DNA of 32,805 nt from a virus (lineage: Duplodnaviria > Caudoviricetes). Below, in pieces: positions 25,726 through 32,805 of this stretch; the first letter of the stretch is position 1; each line of letters starts with the position of its first letter. The stretch is taken from the IMG/VR virus record IMGVR_UViG_3300005077_000068, positions 1-32,805 of that record. One strand, given 5' to 3'. The notes beneath the pieces are model-generated. The model was not told where the DNA came from, ran no database searches, and saw only the letters and a list, made by a program, of their open reading frames with translations. The translations under genes and the position numbers were made by a program.

Positions 25726-25922
25726 TCCGCGTCGGCGACAGGGTTCGCTGGTGCGTGGAGGATCTGGATCGGCTGTCGATCCCGTCGGCCGATCCTATCC
25801 GCGCTCAGCGTGGTCACGTGCGTGAGTTCATCGACCGTGGCCGGATGGCCGTGGTCGTGTGGGAAGGTGGTCGCGAGCAGGTGACCGCCGTCGTGAAGCT
25901 GGAGCGGGCGACGTCGCCATGA
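25722..25922 (+). CDS. Small hypothetical protein (SH3/KOW-like)
   Basis: IRVGDRVRW...G.V...A.V.W pattern; ATGA coupling. Confidence 0.7.
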   Translation: MIRVGDRVRWCVEDLDRLSIPSADPIRAQRGHVREFIDRGRMAVVVWEGGREQVTAVVKLERATSP

Positions 25923-25929
25923 GCGGCGC

Positions 25930-25987
25930 GCCCGTCTGTCGCTTCTTCGCGGCACTGACGACGACGGCAGCAACCGTCGAAACGGGC
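25930..25987 (+). ncRNA. Type III hammerhead ribozyme (HHR2) with an extra C after the core
   Basis: Stem III GCCCGU/ACGGGC; GUC cleavage after 25936; stem I UGUCGC/GCGGCA; CUGACGA plus C; stem II GACGG/CCGUC; GAAA. Confidence 0.88.
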
Positions 25988-26001
25988 AAAGGAGGCACAC
26001 G

Positions 26002-26229
26002 ATGACGAGGAGCGAGTACCACGCGACGCTCGCGGAAGCGATCGCGTGGACATCCGGCGAGGGCCGGACCGCAATGCTCATGCGTGCCGGGTCGCACGGG
26101 TTCGCCGTGACGATCACGGCGCTCGCGTTCCACGGGCCGAACTGGCGCATGGTGAGAGTCACCCTGCGCGACGAGCAGACGAACGCCGAGGTCACGACCT
26201 ACGGCGTCGAGCAGGAGGTGGTGGGATGA
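26002..26229 (+). CDS. Hypothetical early protein
   Basis: RBS AAGGAGG directly after HHR2. Confidence 0.75.
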   Translation: MTRSEYHATLAEAIAWTSGEGRTAMLMRAGSHGFAVTITALAFHGPNWRMVRVTLRDEQTNAEVTTYGVEQEVVG

Positions 26230-26627
26230 GGACCAGCTTCAAGTACTTCGAGACTAGCTACAGCAACGACGTTCACCGGGCTTCGCTGCAGGTGGAGACG
26301 ACAGAGGCGGTCGGGATCATCCCGGTCGTCCGCGACGGTCGCGAGATGGCGAGCTTCGCTTTCGGCATCGCGTGGGGCGGTGACGCTTCGGAGCGCGATC
26401 GCAATGTCGTGGAGGTGATCGCTGATCTTCTCGCGATGGTGAAGGAGATCGGTGAGAAGAGCACGATGACGCACGAGATCGCTGCGCTGCTCGCGAACGC
26501 GGCGGATCACCTGACCGTCGGCGCGATGAAGGAACCGCCGCCGGTCGTGCGGATGGATTGCGACAACGGATCGTTCCTGGAGGAACTCGTCGGAGACCAG
26601 AAGGAGGCCAGCGATGGTGATGCGTGA
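26226..26627 (+). CDS. Hypothetical protein
   Basis: RBS GGAGGT; ATGA coupling. Confidence 0.7.
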   Translation: MRTSFKYFETSYSNDVHRASLQVETTEAVGIIPVVRDGREMASFAFGIAWGGDASERDRNVVEVIADLLAMVKEIGEKSTMTHEIAALLANAADHLTVGAMKEPPPVVRMDCDNGSFLEELVGDQKEASDGDA

Positions 26628-26922
26628 GACCGGGAGCGCCGGCAACGGCGGCAAGCCGGACGAGGCGATCGCGGCGATCCGTGAGGCTGTCACGATGTAC
26701 GCCGTCACGATGCGGTCGGCCGTCATGCAGGCGGCGTGCTTCGCGGCGGTGGCCGACAAGATGGATCGGACCGACGCTGATGAACTGGCGTTCCGCATGA
26801 TCGCCATCGCTCGCGGCCATATGGCGGCGGCGTCGTTCGGCAAGGCGCGTGCGGAGAGGTTCGCGCAGACGCACCCGAACCGCGCCGCGCAGATCGTGAT
26901 CGAACTCAAGGACTCCGTTTGA
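26614..26922 (+). CDS. Hypothetical protein
   Basis: RBS AAGGAGG. Confidence 0.7.
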   Translation: MVMRETGSAGNGGKPDEAIAAIREAVTMYAVTMRSAVMQAACFAAVADKMDRTDADELAFRMIAIARGHMAAASFGKARAERFAQTHPNRAAQIVIELKDSV

Positions 26923-26972
26923 CAATCGAACCGCCGGGGCGTCGGGAACGGCGTCCCGGCAAGGAGGCACAG

Positions 26973-28016
26973 ATGCACAAGGGAACGAATCTGTCTGAGC
27001 TTCTCGACCGGGTCGTCGAGGAGACGCAGACGAAGAAGGATCTGATCGTGCCGGGCAGCGCGATCCGGTTCGTGGACAGCAGTGGCACAGCGCAAGCGAT
27101 GATCGAGGGCGCGCGGTTCGCCGTGCGCGATCACGCTCACCGCCAGATCGGCGCGGCGACCGGCATCCCGCGCGAGTACTACGAGAAGATGAGCAGCGAA
27201 GCGCCGGATCTCCTCGTGGAGAACATCAACCGATGGCTTCCGCACCTGACGCCACGCATGGTGCGAACCGTCGCGCCGTCCGGCGTGCCGACGATGCGGG
27301 CGTTCCTGTCGGAGAAGTACCGACCGCTCGACAACTTCGACTTGATGGAGCACGTGCTTCCGGTGCTGAGTGCCGCGGGCGTGGAGATCCGTTCGGCCGA
27401 ACTGACCGACAAGCGCCTCTACATCCAGGCATCGCATCCGCGCGTCACGGCGGATGTCGGCGTCGGAGACATCGTCCGCGCGGGCGTGATCATCGGGAAC
27501 AGCGAGACCGGCGAGGGATCGCTGTACGTCATGCCGCTGATGGAGAGGCTTGCCTGCCTCAACGGCATGGTGATGAACGTCGGCGCGCAGCGGCGCGCGC
27601 ACATCGGCGGCAATCGCGGGCGGCTCGTGGCCGAGGATGGATCGTGGGTCCGCGACGAGACGCTCGCGATGGAGGACCGCGCGCTGTTCATGCGCGTGGC
27701 GGATTCCATCTGTGGCGCGCTCGACGAGGCGGTGTTCACGCAGCGCGTGGGCGCGTTCCGCGAGGTCGCTGGCGACCGGCTCGGTGACGATGTGCAGAAG
27801 GTCGTGGATGTCACCGGGCGCAAGCTCGGCCTGAGCGAAGGCGAGCGCGTGATGGCTCTGCGGAACCTGATCGACGGCGGGCTTCTGACCCGGTGGGGAC
27901 TGGCGAACGCTGTCACCGCGATCGCGAACGAAGACGCGAAGAGCTACGACCGCGCGGTTGAACTGGAGCGCATCGGCGGCGACATCATGGCTCTGCCGGT
28001 GTCGGCGTTGAAGTGA
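26973..28016 (+). CDS. DUF932-family protein
   Basis: RAFLSEKYRPLDN and NSETGEGSL...RLACLNGM. Confidence 0.85.
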   Translation: MHKGTNLSELLDRVVEETQTKKDLIVPGSAIRFVDSSGTAQAMIEGARFAVRDHAHRQIGAATGIPREYYEKMSSEAPDLLVENINRWLPHLTPRMVRTVAPSGVPTMRAFLSEKYRPLDNFDLMEHVLPVLSAAGVEIRSAELTDKRLYIQASHPRVTADVGVGDIVRAGVIIGNSETGEGSLYVMPLMERLACLNGMVMNVGAQRRAHIGGNRGRLVAEDGSWVRDETLAMEDRALFMRVADSICGALDEAVFTQRVGAFREVAGDRLGDDVQKVVDVTGRKLGLSEGERVMALRNLIDGGLLTRWGLANAVTAIANEDAKSYDRAVELERIGGDIMALPVSALK

Positions 28017-28222
28017 TCCGCGCCGCGCTCGTCGCCTCGTGGCGATGGCGGCACCGGCTTCGGGACACGCCCGCGATCGACGCGACGCTGTTTCCTGAAG
28101 CGTGGGAAACCCGACTGGTGGCCCGGCGTCATGCCGGGCCGCTGGCCTTGACGATGGAGGACGTTCATGCCTTACAACCCGGCGACCGATGTGGACAGAA
28201 GGAACCGCCTCGGCGCAAGTGA
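28013..28222 (+). CDS. Small hypothetical protein
   Basis: GTGA coupling; fills the gap, but overlaps the next gene by 56 bp. Confidence 0.4.
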   Translation: MIRAALVASWRWRHRLRDTPAIDATLFPEAWETRLVARRHAGPLALTMEDVHALQPGDRCGQKEPPRRK

Positions 28223-29126
28223 AGCGGCGGCGGTGCTCGGGCTCAATCCGTGGCGCTGCGCGCTCGAAGTCTACGACGAGAAGGTCGGTGAAGCGCCAGC
28301 GCAAGAGGAGACCGACGGCAACGCGCGGACCGACTGGGGACGCCGTCTGGAGCCCGTCATCCTCGAATGGTGGTACGACAAGAACGCCGGGCCGGTAACG
28401 GCGTTCAAGATGAACGACCGGCCGCTGGTGCATCCGGCGCATTCGTGGCTGTCGGCGACGCCGGACGGCATCGGCACGCTGCTACGCGGCAGCGGGCCCG
28501 ATGTCCAGCTACTGCGCATCGTGGTCGATGCGAAGGCGTCCGAGAGCCCGGAGCGATGGGCAAGCGGGTTGCCGCCGGACGTCGATGCTCAGCTTCGCGT
28601 GCAGATGGCTTGCGCGGACGCAGCGGAAGCATACGCGGCAGTGATGATCGGCCTTCGCGGCGCGGAGTTCGTCGTCGAGCGTGACCGGCGCATCGAGGAC
28701 GACATGATCGGCAGGCTGTCGGCGTTCTGGCATGATCACGTGCTCAAGCGTGTGCCGCCAGATCCCGATGGCTCGCCCGCGACGGCGGCGTACCTCGCGC
28801 GGCGCTACGGCGCGGCCCAGGTGGAGAAGGCCGCGCACGTGGTCGGCACGCTCGACGATGAGGAACTGATTCGCTACCTGCTGACGCTCAAGGACACGGA
28901 GCGCCAGTTGGACGCCGCGAAGGCGGAAGCGGAGAACAAATTGAAGGAGAGGATCGGCAACGCGACGAAGCTGGTCACGCCGAACGGCTTCACGGCATCG
29001 TGGAGCGTGGTCAACGGTTCGGTGAGCTACAAAGCGATCTGCGACGAGCTCGCAGTGCCGAAGGAGATCATGGAAGCGCACCGCGGATCGCCGTACAGGC
29101 GGTTCGCCATCAGCGTCCCGAAGTAG
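28167..29126 (+). CDS. YqaJ/lambda-exonuclease-family recombination nuclease
   Basis: RR..LGASEAAAVLGLNPW, WGRRLEP, SATPDG, DAK and Q...QM. Confidence 0.92.
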   Translation: MPYNPATDVDRRNRLGASEAAAVLGLNPWRCALEVYDEKVGEAPAQEETDGNARTDWGRRLEPVILEWWYDKNAGPVTAFKMNDRPLVHPAHSWLSATPDGIGTLLRGSGPDVQLLRIVVDAKASESPERWASGLPPDVDAQLRVQMACADAAEAYAAVMIGLRGAEFVVERDRRIEDDMIGRLSAFWHDHVLKRVPPDPDGSPATAAYLARRYGAAQVEKAAHVVGTLDDEELIRYLLTLKDTERQLDAAKAEAENKLKERIGNATKLVTPNGFTASWSVVNGSVSYKAICDELAVPKEIMEAHRGSPYRRFAISVPK

Positions 29127-29207
29127 AAGCATGGCGGCGGCGTGCTGCGGTCAGTTGGGTGCCTCCGGCTGGCTGTGGTGCGTCGCCGCCCCAACTGTGG
29201 AGGAGAC

Positions 29208-29441
29208 ATGGAACCGAAGACGAAGAGGCGGCGCAAGCCGTCACGCTCATCGAGCAGCCACTACTTCCTTTCGTGGGGACCGGACGGTCTCGGCGAGAAG
29301 GTGAAGGCGGCTGCGAAGCTGCGCGGCATGAACGTCGCAGAGTGGGTGCGGGATGCGTGCTGGCACCATCTCGTTCGGCAAGAACAGGCTCGCGACCAGC
29401 GGTTCGCGGACGCCGACAACTGGACTGGAGGTGCGAAGTGA
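29208..29441 (+). CDS. Ribbon-helix-helix DNA-binding protein
   Basis: KVKAAAKLRGMNVAEWVRDA is an Arc/CopG-like pattern; RBS GGAGGAG. Confidence 0.7.
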   Translation: MEPKTKRRRKPSRSSSSHYFLSWGPDGLGEKVKAAAKLRGMNVAEWVRDACWHHLVRQEQARDQRFADADNWTGGAK

Positions 29442-30220
29442 ACGAGTACACGGACCCGGCAACGGGAGAGGTGGTCACGATGCAGAGCAGCGGACTCATG
29501 TCGATGGCGACGGTCGATCCAGAGCGCGCGCTGGAGAAGCTGAGCGCCGTGGCGAACGCTGTCGCCAAGGTGATCCGGATGCGCGGACTCGCGGTCAAGA
29601 TCGGCACGAGCGAGCACGTTCGGATTGAAGGCTGGCAGTTCGCTGGAACCCTCCTCGGCGTCACGTGCCGAACCGACTGGGTGCGCGAGGTCACGACGCC
29701 CGATGGCGACGTCGGGTTCCGTGCGCGCGTCACGACGCTCTGGAACGGGCAGGAGATCGGCGCAGCCGAAGCCGTGTGCATGGCGAGCGAAGCTCTGCAG
29801 CGGCGCGACGGCCAGCGGGTCGCGCGATGGACTGAAGCGCATCAAGTCAACTCGATGGCGCAGACGCGCGCGCAGTCGAAGGCGTACGCGATGGCGCTGC
29901 GGTTCGTGATGGTGCTCGGCGGGTTCGCCGGGACACCGGCCGAGGAGATGCACGGCACGGCAGCGGACAACGGCACGCGCGACGAGAGCGGAGACCGCCC
30001 GATCACCGAAGCGATGGGCAAGCGCCTGTGGGCGATCGCGTACGAGCGTGCGCGGCACAGCGGCCACGATAAAGAGTGGGCGATGGGCAAGATGCGCGCG
30101 ATGTTGACGAAGCGTGGGCTCAAGCGCGTGGACGAGATCCCGGCCAGCCAGTACGACGCGGTCAGCCGCGAGGTCGATGGCTTCGGTCGCGGAGAGGAGG
30201 ACGACGATGCCCAATCCTGA
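29438..30220 (+). CDS. Putative single-strand annealing recombinase
   Basis: Next to the exonuclease; VRIEGW, SMAQTRA.SKA and TPAEEM motifs. Confidence 0.65.
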   Translation: MNEYTDPATGEVVTMQSSGLMSMATVDPERALEKLSAVANAVAKVIRMRGLAVKIGTSEHVRIEGWQFAGTLLGVTCRTDWVREVTTPDGDVGFRARVTTLWNGQEIGAAEAVCMASEALQRRDGQRVARWTEAHQVNSMAQTRAQSKAYAMALRFVMVLGGFAGTPAEEMHGTAADNGTRDESGDRPITEAMGKRLWAIAYERARHSGHDKEWAMGKMRAMLTKRGLKRVDEIPASQYDAVSREVDGFGRGEEDDDAQS

Positions 30221-30470
30221 TCGTGGAACGGCCGAGCGGGAACCCTTGCTCGGGCGGCGGATCCAGCTGATCCGCAAGGAGCACCCGGACTACATCGTGG
30301 AGCGCGACGCCTACGGCCAATGGTGGCGCGTGATCGTGAGCAAGGACGACGGCGTCGCCAGCACGCCGAGGATGTTGCCGGATCTCCACGACTCCGCGGC
30401 CAAAGCGTGGGAGGCGGTCGAACGCATGGAGCGTGAAGCGAAGGAGGCCAGCGATGACGGGCAACGGTGA
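30207..30470 (+). CDS. Hypothetical protein
   Basis: RBS GAGGAGG. Confidence 0.65.
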   Translation: MPNPDRGTAEREPLLGRRIQLIRKEHPDYIVERDAYGQWWRVIVSKDDGVASTPRMLPDLHDSAAKAWEAVERMEREAKEASDDGQR

Positions 30471-30825
30471 TCCGCGCCCGCGGTTCGCTGGCCGCAAGCC
30501 GAAGGCGAAGGGACGCGTCTACGAACGCGAGTTTCGCAAGCGCACCGGAGCGAAGCGTGTGATCGCCTCCGGTGCCTACGGACATCTCGTGGACAACGAC
30601 GACCTGAGCGCCGACGCCGTGCTGGATTCCAACGAGGCGCACCGCAAGCTGCGCGTCGAAGTGAAGTATCGCGCGCGCGGCGTGGCGTTCGGGCAGTTCC
30701 TGAAGCCGCCCGTCGATCTGGTCGCTGTGCGCACGGCAGGGAAGCAGTGGTATGTCGTCTTGACGCTCGACCGTTTCATGGAGGTATACGATGGCTCAGG
30801 GCTGGTACCGTCGACTGCACACTAA
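30454..30825 (+). CDS. Hjc-like Holliday junction resolvase (PD-(D/E)xK)
   Basis: KGRVYERE, SGA, AD and VEVK motifs. Confidence 0.8.
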   Translation: MTGNGDPRPRFAGRKPKAKGRVYEREFRKRTGAKRVIASGAYGHLVDNDDLSADAVLDSNEAHRKLRVEVKYRARGVAFGQFLKPPVDLVAVRTAGKQWYVVLTLDRFMEVYDGSGLVPSTAH

Positions 30826-31969
30826 GGTGTGGGACGATGAGAGGTTCCTTGCGCTGAGCCGAGTCGCGCCGTCCGGGCAGTCGTTGTGGCTGTGGCTCCT
30901 CTTGGGGCCGCACACGACGCCGCTGCCCGGACTTTGGCGTCTCAGCCGTGCGCAAGCGATCGAGGATCTAGAGTGGCCGGCGGATCGGTTCGACGAGTGC
31001 TGGCACGAGATCGAACGCAGCGGGATGGCGCAAGCTGACTGGCGGCGCAAGCTGGTCTGGATCCCGAAGGCGATCGAGTACGCGCTGCCGACGTCGCCAC
31101 GGAACGTCACCGGATGGGCGAGTCACTTCGTCACGCTTCCGGATTGCGATCTGTGGCGCGAAGCGGGCGCGTGCATCCGTTCCGCGTTGACCGACGAGGG
31201 ACGCGCAGCATGGGATCGCGCGACTGCACGGGCAGTCGGCTCTCCCCAAGGAGAACCGGTCTCAACGCCTAAGACACGATCGAAGCCCGGCCCGTGTCAA
31301 CCCCCCAACCCGGAGCCGATCGTTCGCCCTGACCCCCACTTCCAGGGGTCCCGGGCGGCTGTCCGCGACCCGAGCGAGCGGCAGAAGGAGCCGGAAACCG
31401 CCCGGAACGGCTGGCTGACTCCGGAGAACGGCGACCGGATCGCCGATCACATCGCCGATACGATCACCGATCCGATCACCGATACGATCGGTGACCCGAT
31501 CCAGAAGAGAAGAGAAGAGAAGAGAAAAGAAGAGCATAGGCGGCCGGACTCGGCAGCGTGTGCTTCGCACGACGACAAACCTGCAGAGGATCCCGAAGAA
31601 CAGACACGCCTCCGCAGCTTGCTCGCGCGGTTCGGGCGGCGCTATCCAGGTGAGCTTGAGCGTGTCGGTCGAGTGATCGCGATCTCGCGGAGATCAGGGG
31701 AACCCTTAGGTCCGCTGTGTCAAGCTCTCGCTGGAGTCGTCGCGGCAGCGGACAAAGGAACGCCGGTGAAGTACCCGGCGTCTTACATCGCCAAGGTGCT
31801 GCGCGTCGAGGTGCCGAACGAGTACGAGCGGCGCGCGGTCGCCAGGGCGAGCGGCATGAAGCAACTGACCGAAGGGCTGTCGCTGTCGTCGCTGGTCGAA
31901 GCGGCACGCAAGGCAGCGGGCAACGAAGGAGGCACGGACGATGAGCGGTTGCATCGGCAGGAGAAGTGA
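30791..31969 (+). CDS. Replication initiator protein (lambda O-like organisation)
   Basis: YR.L...VWDDERFLALS...LWLWLL N-terminus; low-complexity linker with DNA repeats; PASYIAKVL C-terminus. Confidence 0.75.
   Translation: MAQGWYRRLHTKVWDDERFLALSRVAPSGQSLWLWLLLGPHTTPLPGLWRLSRAQAIEDLEWPADRFDECWHEIERSGMAQADWRRKLVWIPKAIEYALPTSPRNVTGWASHFVTLPDCDLWREAGACIRSALTDEGRAAWDRATARAVGSPQGEPVSTPKTRSKPGPCQPPNPEPIVRPDPHFQGSRAAVRDPSERQKEPETARNGWLTPENGDRIADHIADTITDPITDTIGDPIQKRREEKRKEEHRRPDSAACASHDDKPAEDPEEQTRLRSLLARFGRRYPGELERVGRVIAISRRSGEPLGPLCQALAGVVAAADKGTPVKYPASYIAKVLRVEVPNEYERRAVARASGMKQLTEGLSLSSLVEAARKAAGNEGGTDDERLHRQEK
31438..31534. repeat. Iteron-like 12-bp repeats plus purine tract (candidate origin)
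   Basis: GATCGCCGATCA, CATCGCCGATAC, GATCACCGATCC, GATCACCGATAC, GATCGGTGACCC, then (AGAAG)n. Confidence 0.7.
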
Positions 31970-32237
31970 AGGGTTCACGGTGATGTGGCACGGGCTCAAC
32001 TACGCGATGCCGCAGCGCGGCGTGTCGTTCCACGCGGGAACGAAGGCAAACATCAACAAACGGCTGCGGCGCGTGATGGATGGATACGGCGACGGCCACA
32101 GCGGCGCGACGCCGTGCATCGGCAACGACCTGAAGGCGCTCGTGTGGTGCGGGATGCACGCACGCACGACCGGGCTGGATCCTGACTACTCCATCGAGAT
32201 CGGACCACGAGGAGGCATCCGATGGACGAAGGTGTGA
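31941..32237 (+). CDS. Hypothetical protein
   Basis: RBS AAGGAGG; IGPRGG end. Confidence 0.7.
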   Translation: MSGCIGRRSEGFTVMWHGLNYAMPQRGVSFHAGTKANINKRLRRVMDGYGDGHSGATPCIGNDLKALVWCGMHARTTGLDPDYSIEIGPRGGIRWTKV

Positions 32238-32428
32238 AGCGCATCTGCGCCAACTGCGGACGACCGCTGAAGCCGGATCTGCGCAAGACGCGCCGGTGCT
32301 GTTCCATCCGCTGCGCGAAGATGCTCGCGTTGTCGAAGTCGCCGTGGCGGAACGGCAACGGATTTTGCTTCCACAAGGACCCGGAGTTGGCGAAGCATCC
32401 GCTCGTCAGAAAGGAGGGAGCGCGATGA
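32222..32428 (+). CDS. Small zinc-finger protein
   Basis: CANCG...CCSIRC; RBS GAGGAGG. Confidence 0.7.
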   Translation: MDEGVKRICANCGRPLKPDLRKTRRCCSIRCAKMLALSKSPWRNGNGFCFHKDPELAKHPLVRKEGAR

Positions 32429-32724
32429 ACACGAAGACCCTCGGCAGCGTCGTTGTCCACGAGGCTTTCGCGCTGGCGGTCACCGCCGCCTTTCTCCGCG
32501 CGCTGCCGGACGAGTACTTTCCGCTCGGCGCGCTTCTGGTGCTCGGCTTCGCGTGCATCTGCGCGTTCCTTGTCCTCGGCGTGAAGTGGGAGTTCGAGTG
32601 GCAGGCGCAGGTTCGCCGCCGTCTCAAGCTGTCGTGGTGGGACCGCGATGGCTCCATGGAAGCGGCGGTCGCATTCCCGGTCGGTGCGTTACTCGGCACG
32701 CTGCTCGGCGTGCTGTGGAGGTAG
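32425..32724 (+). CDS. Hypothetical membrane protein (3 TM)
   Basis: Three hydrophobic segments; RBS AAGGAGG. Confidence 0.7.
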   Translation: MNTKTLGSVVVHEAFALAVTAAFLRALPDEYFPLGALLVLGFACICAFLVLGVKWEFEWQAQVRRRLKLSWWDRDGSMEAAVAFPVGALLGTLLGVLWR

Positions 32725-32726
32725 AG

Positions 32727-32805
32727 ATGAGCGAGCAAACAAGCGCAGCGCTGGACAGGTTGAGCGTGCTGTTGACTGGCAAGCCACTGACGGCAGGAGA
32801 TGGCC
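32727..32805 (+). CDS. 5' part of the hypothetical protein continuing to position 193
   Basis: GGAGGT RBS; the frame stays open across the terminal repeat. Confidence 0.7.
   Translation, partial: MSEQTSAALDRLSVLLTGKPLTAGDG

Noticed and set aside
26199-28442. Long minus-strand ORFs (this one, 5281-6525, 8878-10212, 15998-17206, 18640-19872 and others)
   Set aside because: Antisense shadows of well-supported high-GC genes, with no motifs or RBS.
32738-32805. Biological terminal repeat of the virion DNA
   Set aside because: It falls mid-gene and has a length typical of assembler overlap; treated as a circularity signal only.

Overview
A complete, GC-rich tailed (siphovirus-like) phage genome of 32,737 bp. 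Bases 1-68 are repeated exactly at 32738-32805, so the contig is circular. Every credible gene is on the + strand, and I see no integrase, CI-type repressor or DNA polymerase. Gene order: small hypothetical genes; a 7-deazaguanine DNA-modification cassette (ParB-like, dpdA, QueD-like/DpdL-type, queD, queE, folE, no queC) running into terS/terL; portal, head, neck and tail genes; a small NLTxH protein; holins and an M15 endolysin; a ~900-bp non-coding array; then an early region with DUF932, YqaJ exonuclease, RHH regulator, SSAP, resolvase and a replication initiator with internal iterons. Most notable: (1) two type III hammerhead ribozymes bracketing a four-gene early block; (2) a helically phased array of ~15 palindromic (Y)AAS-N17-STT(R) sites, 12 of them followed at a fixed distance by a CGTYCAKCCAWCY box; (3) two structural-module proteins with Sec-type signal peptides enriched in D-[ST]-[AILMTV] O-glycosylation sequons; (4) a candidate Crn4-like ring nuclease; (5) a predicted 7-deazaguanine (dDG) pathway. 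All calls come from reading motifs by eye; no searches were run.
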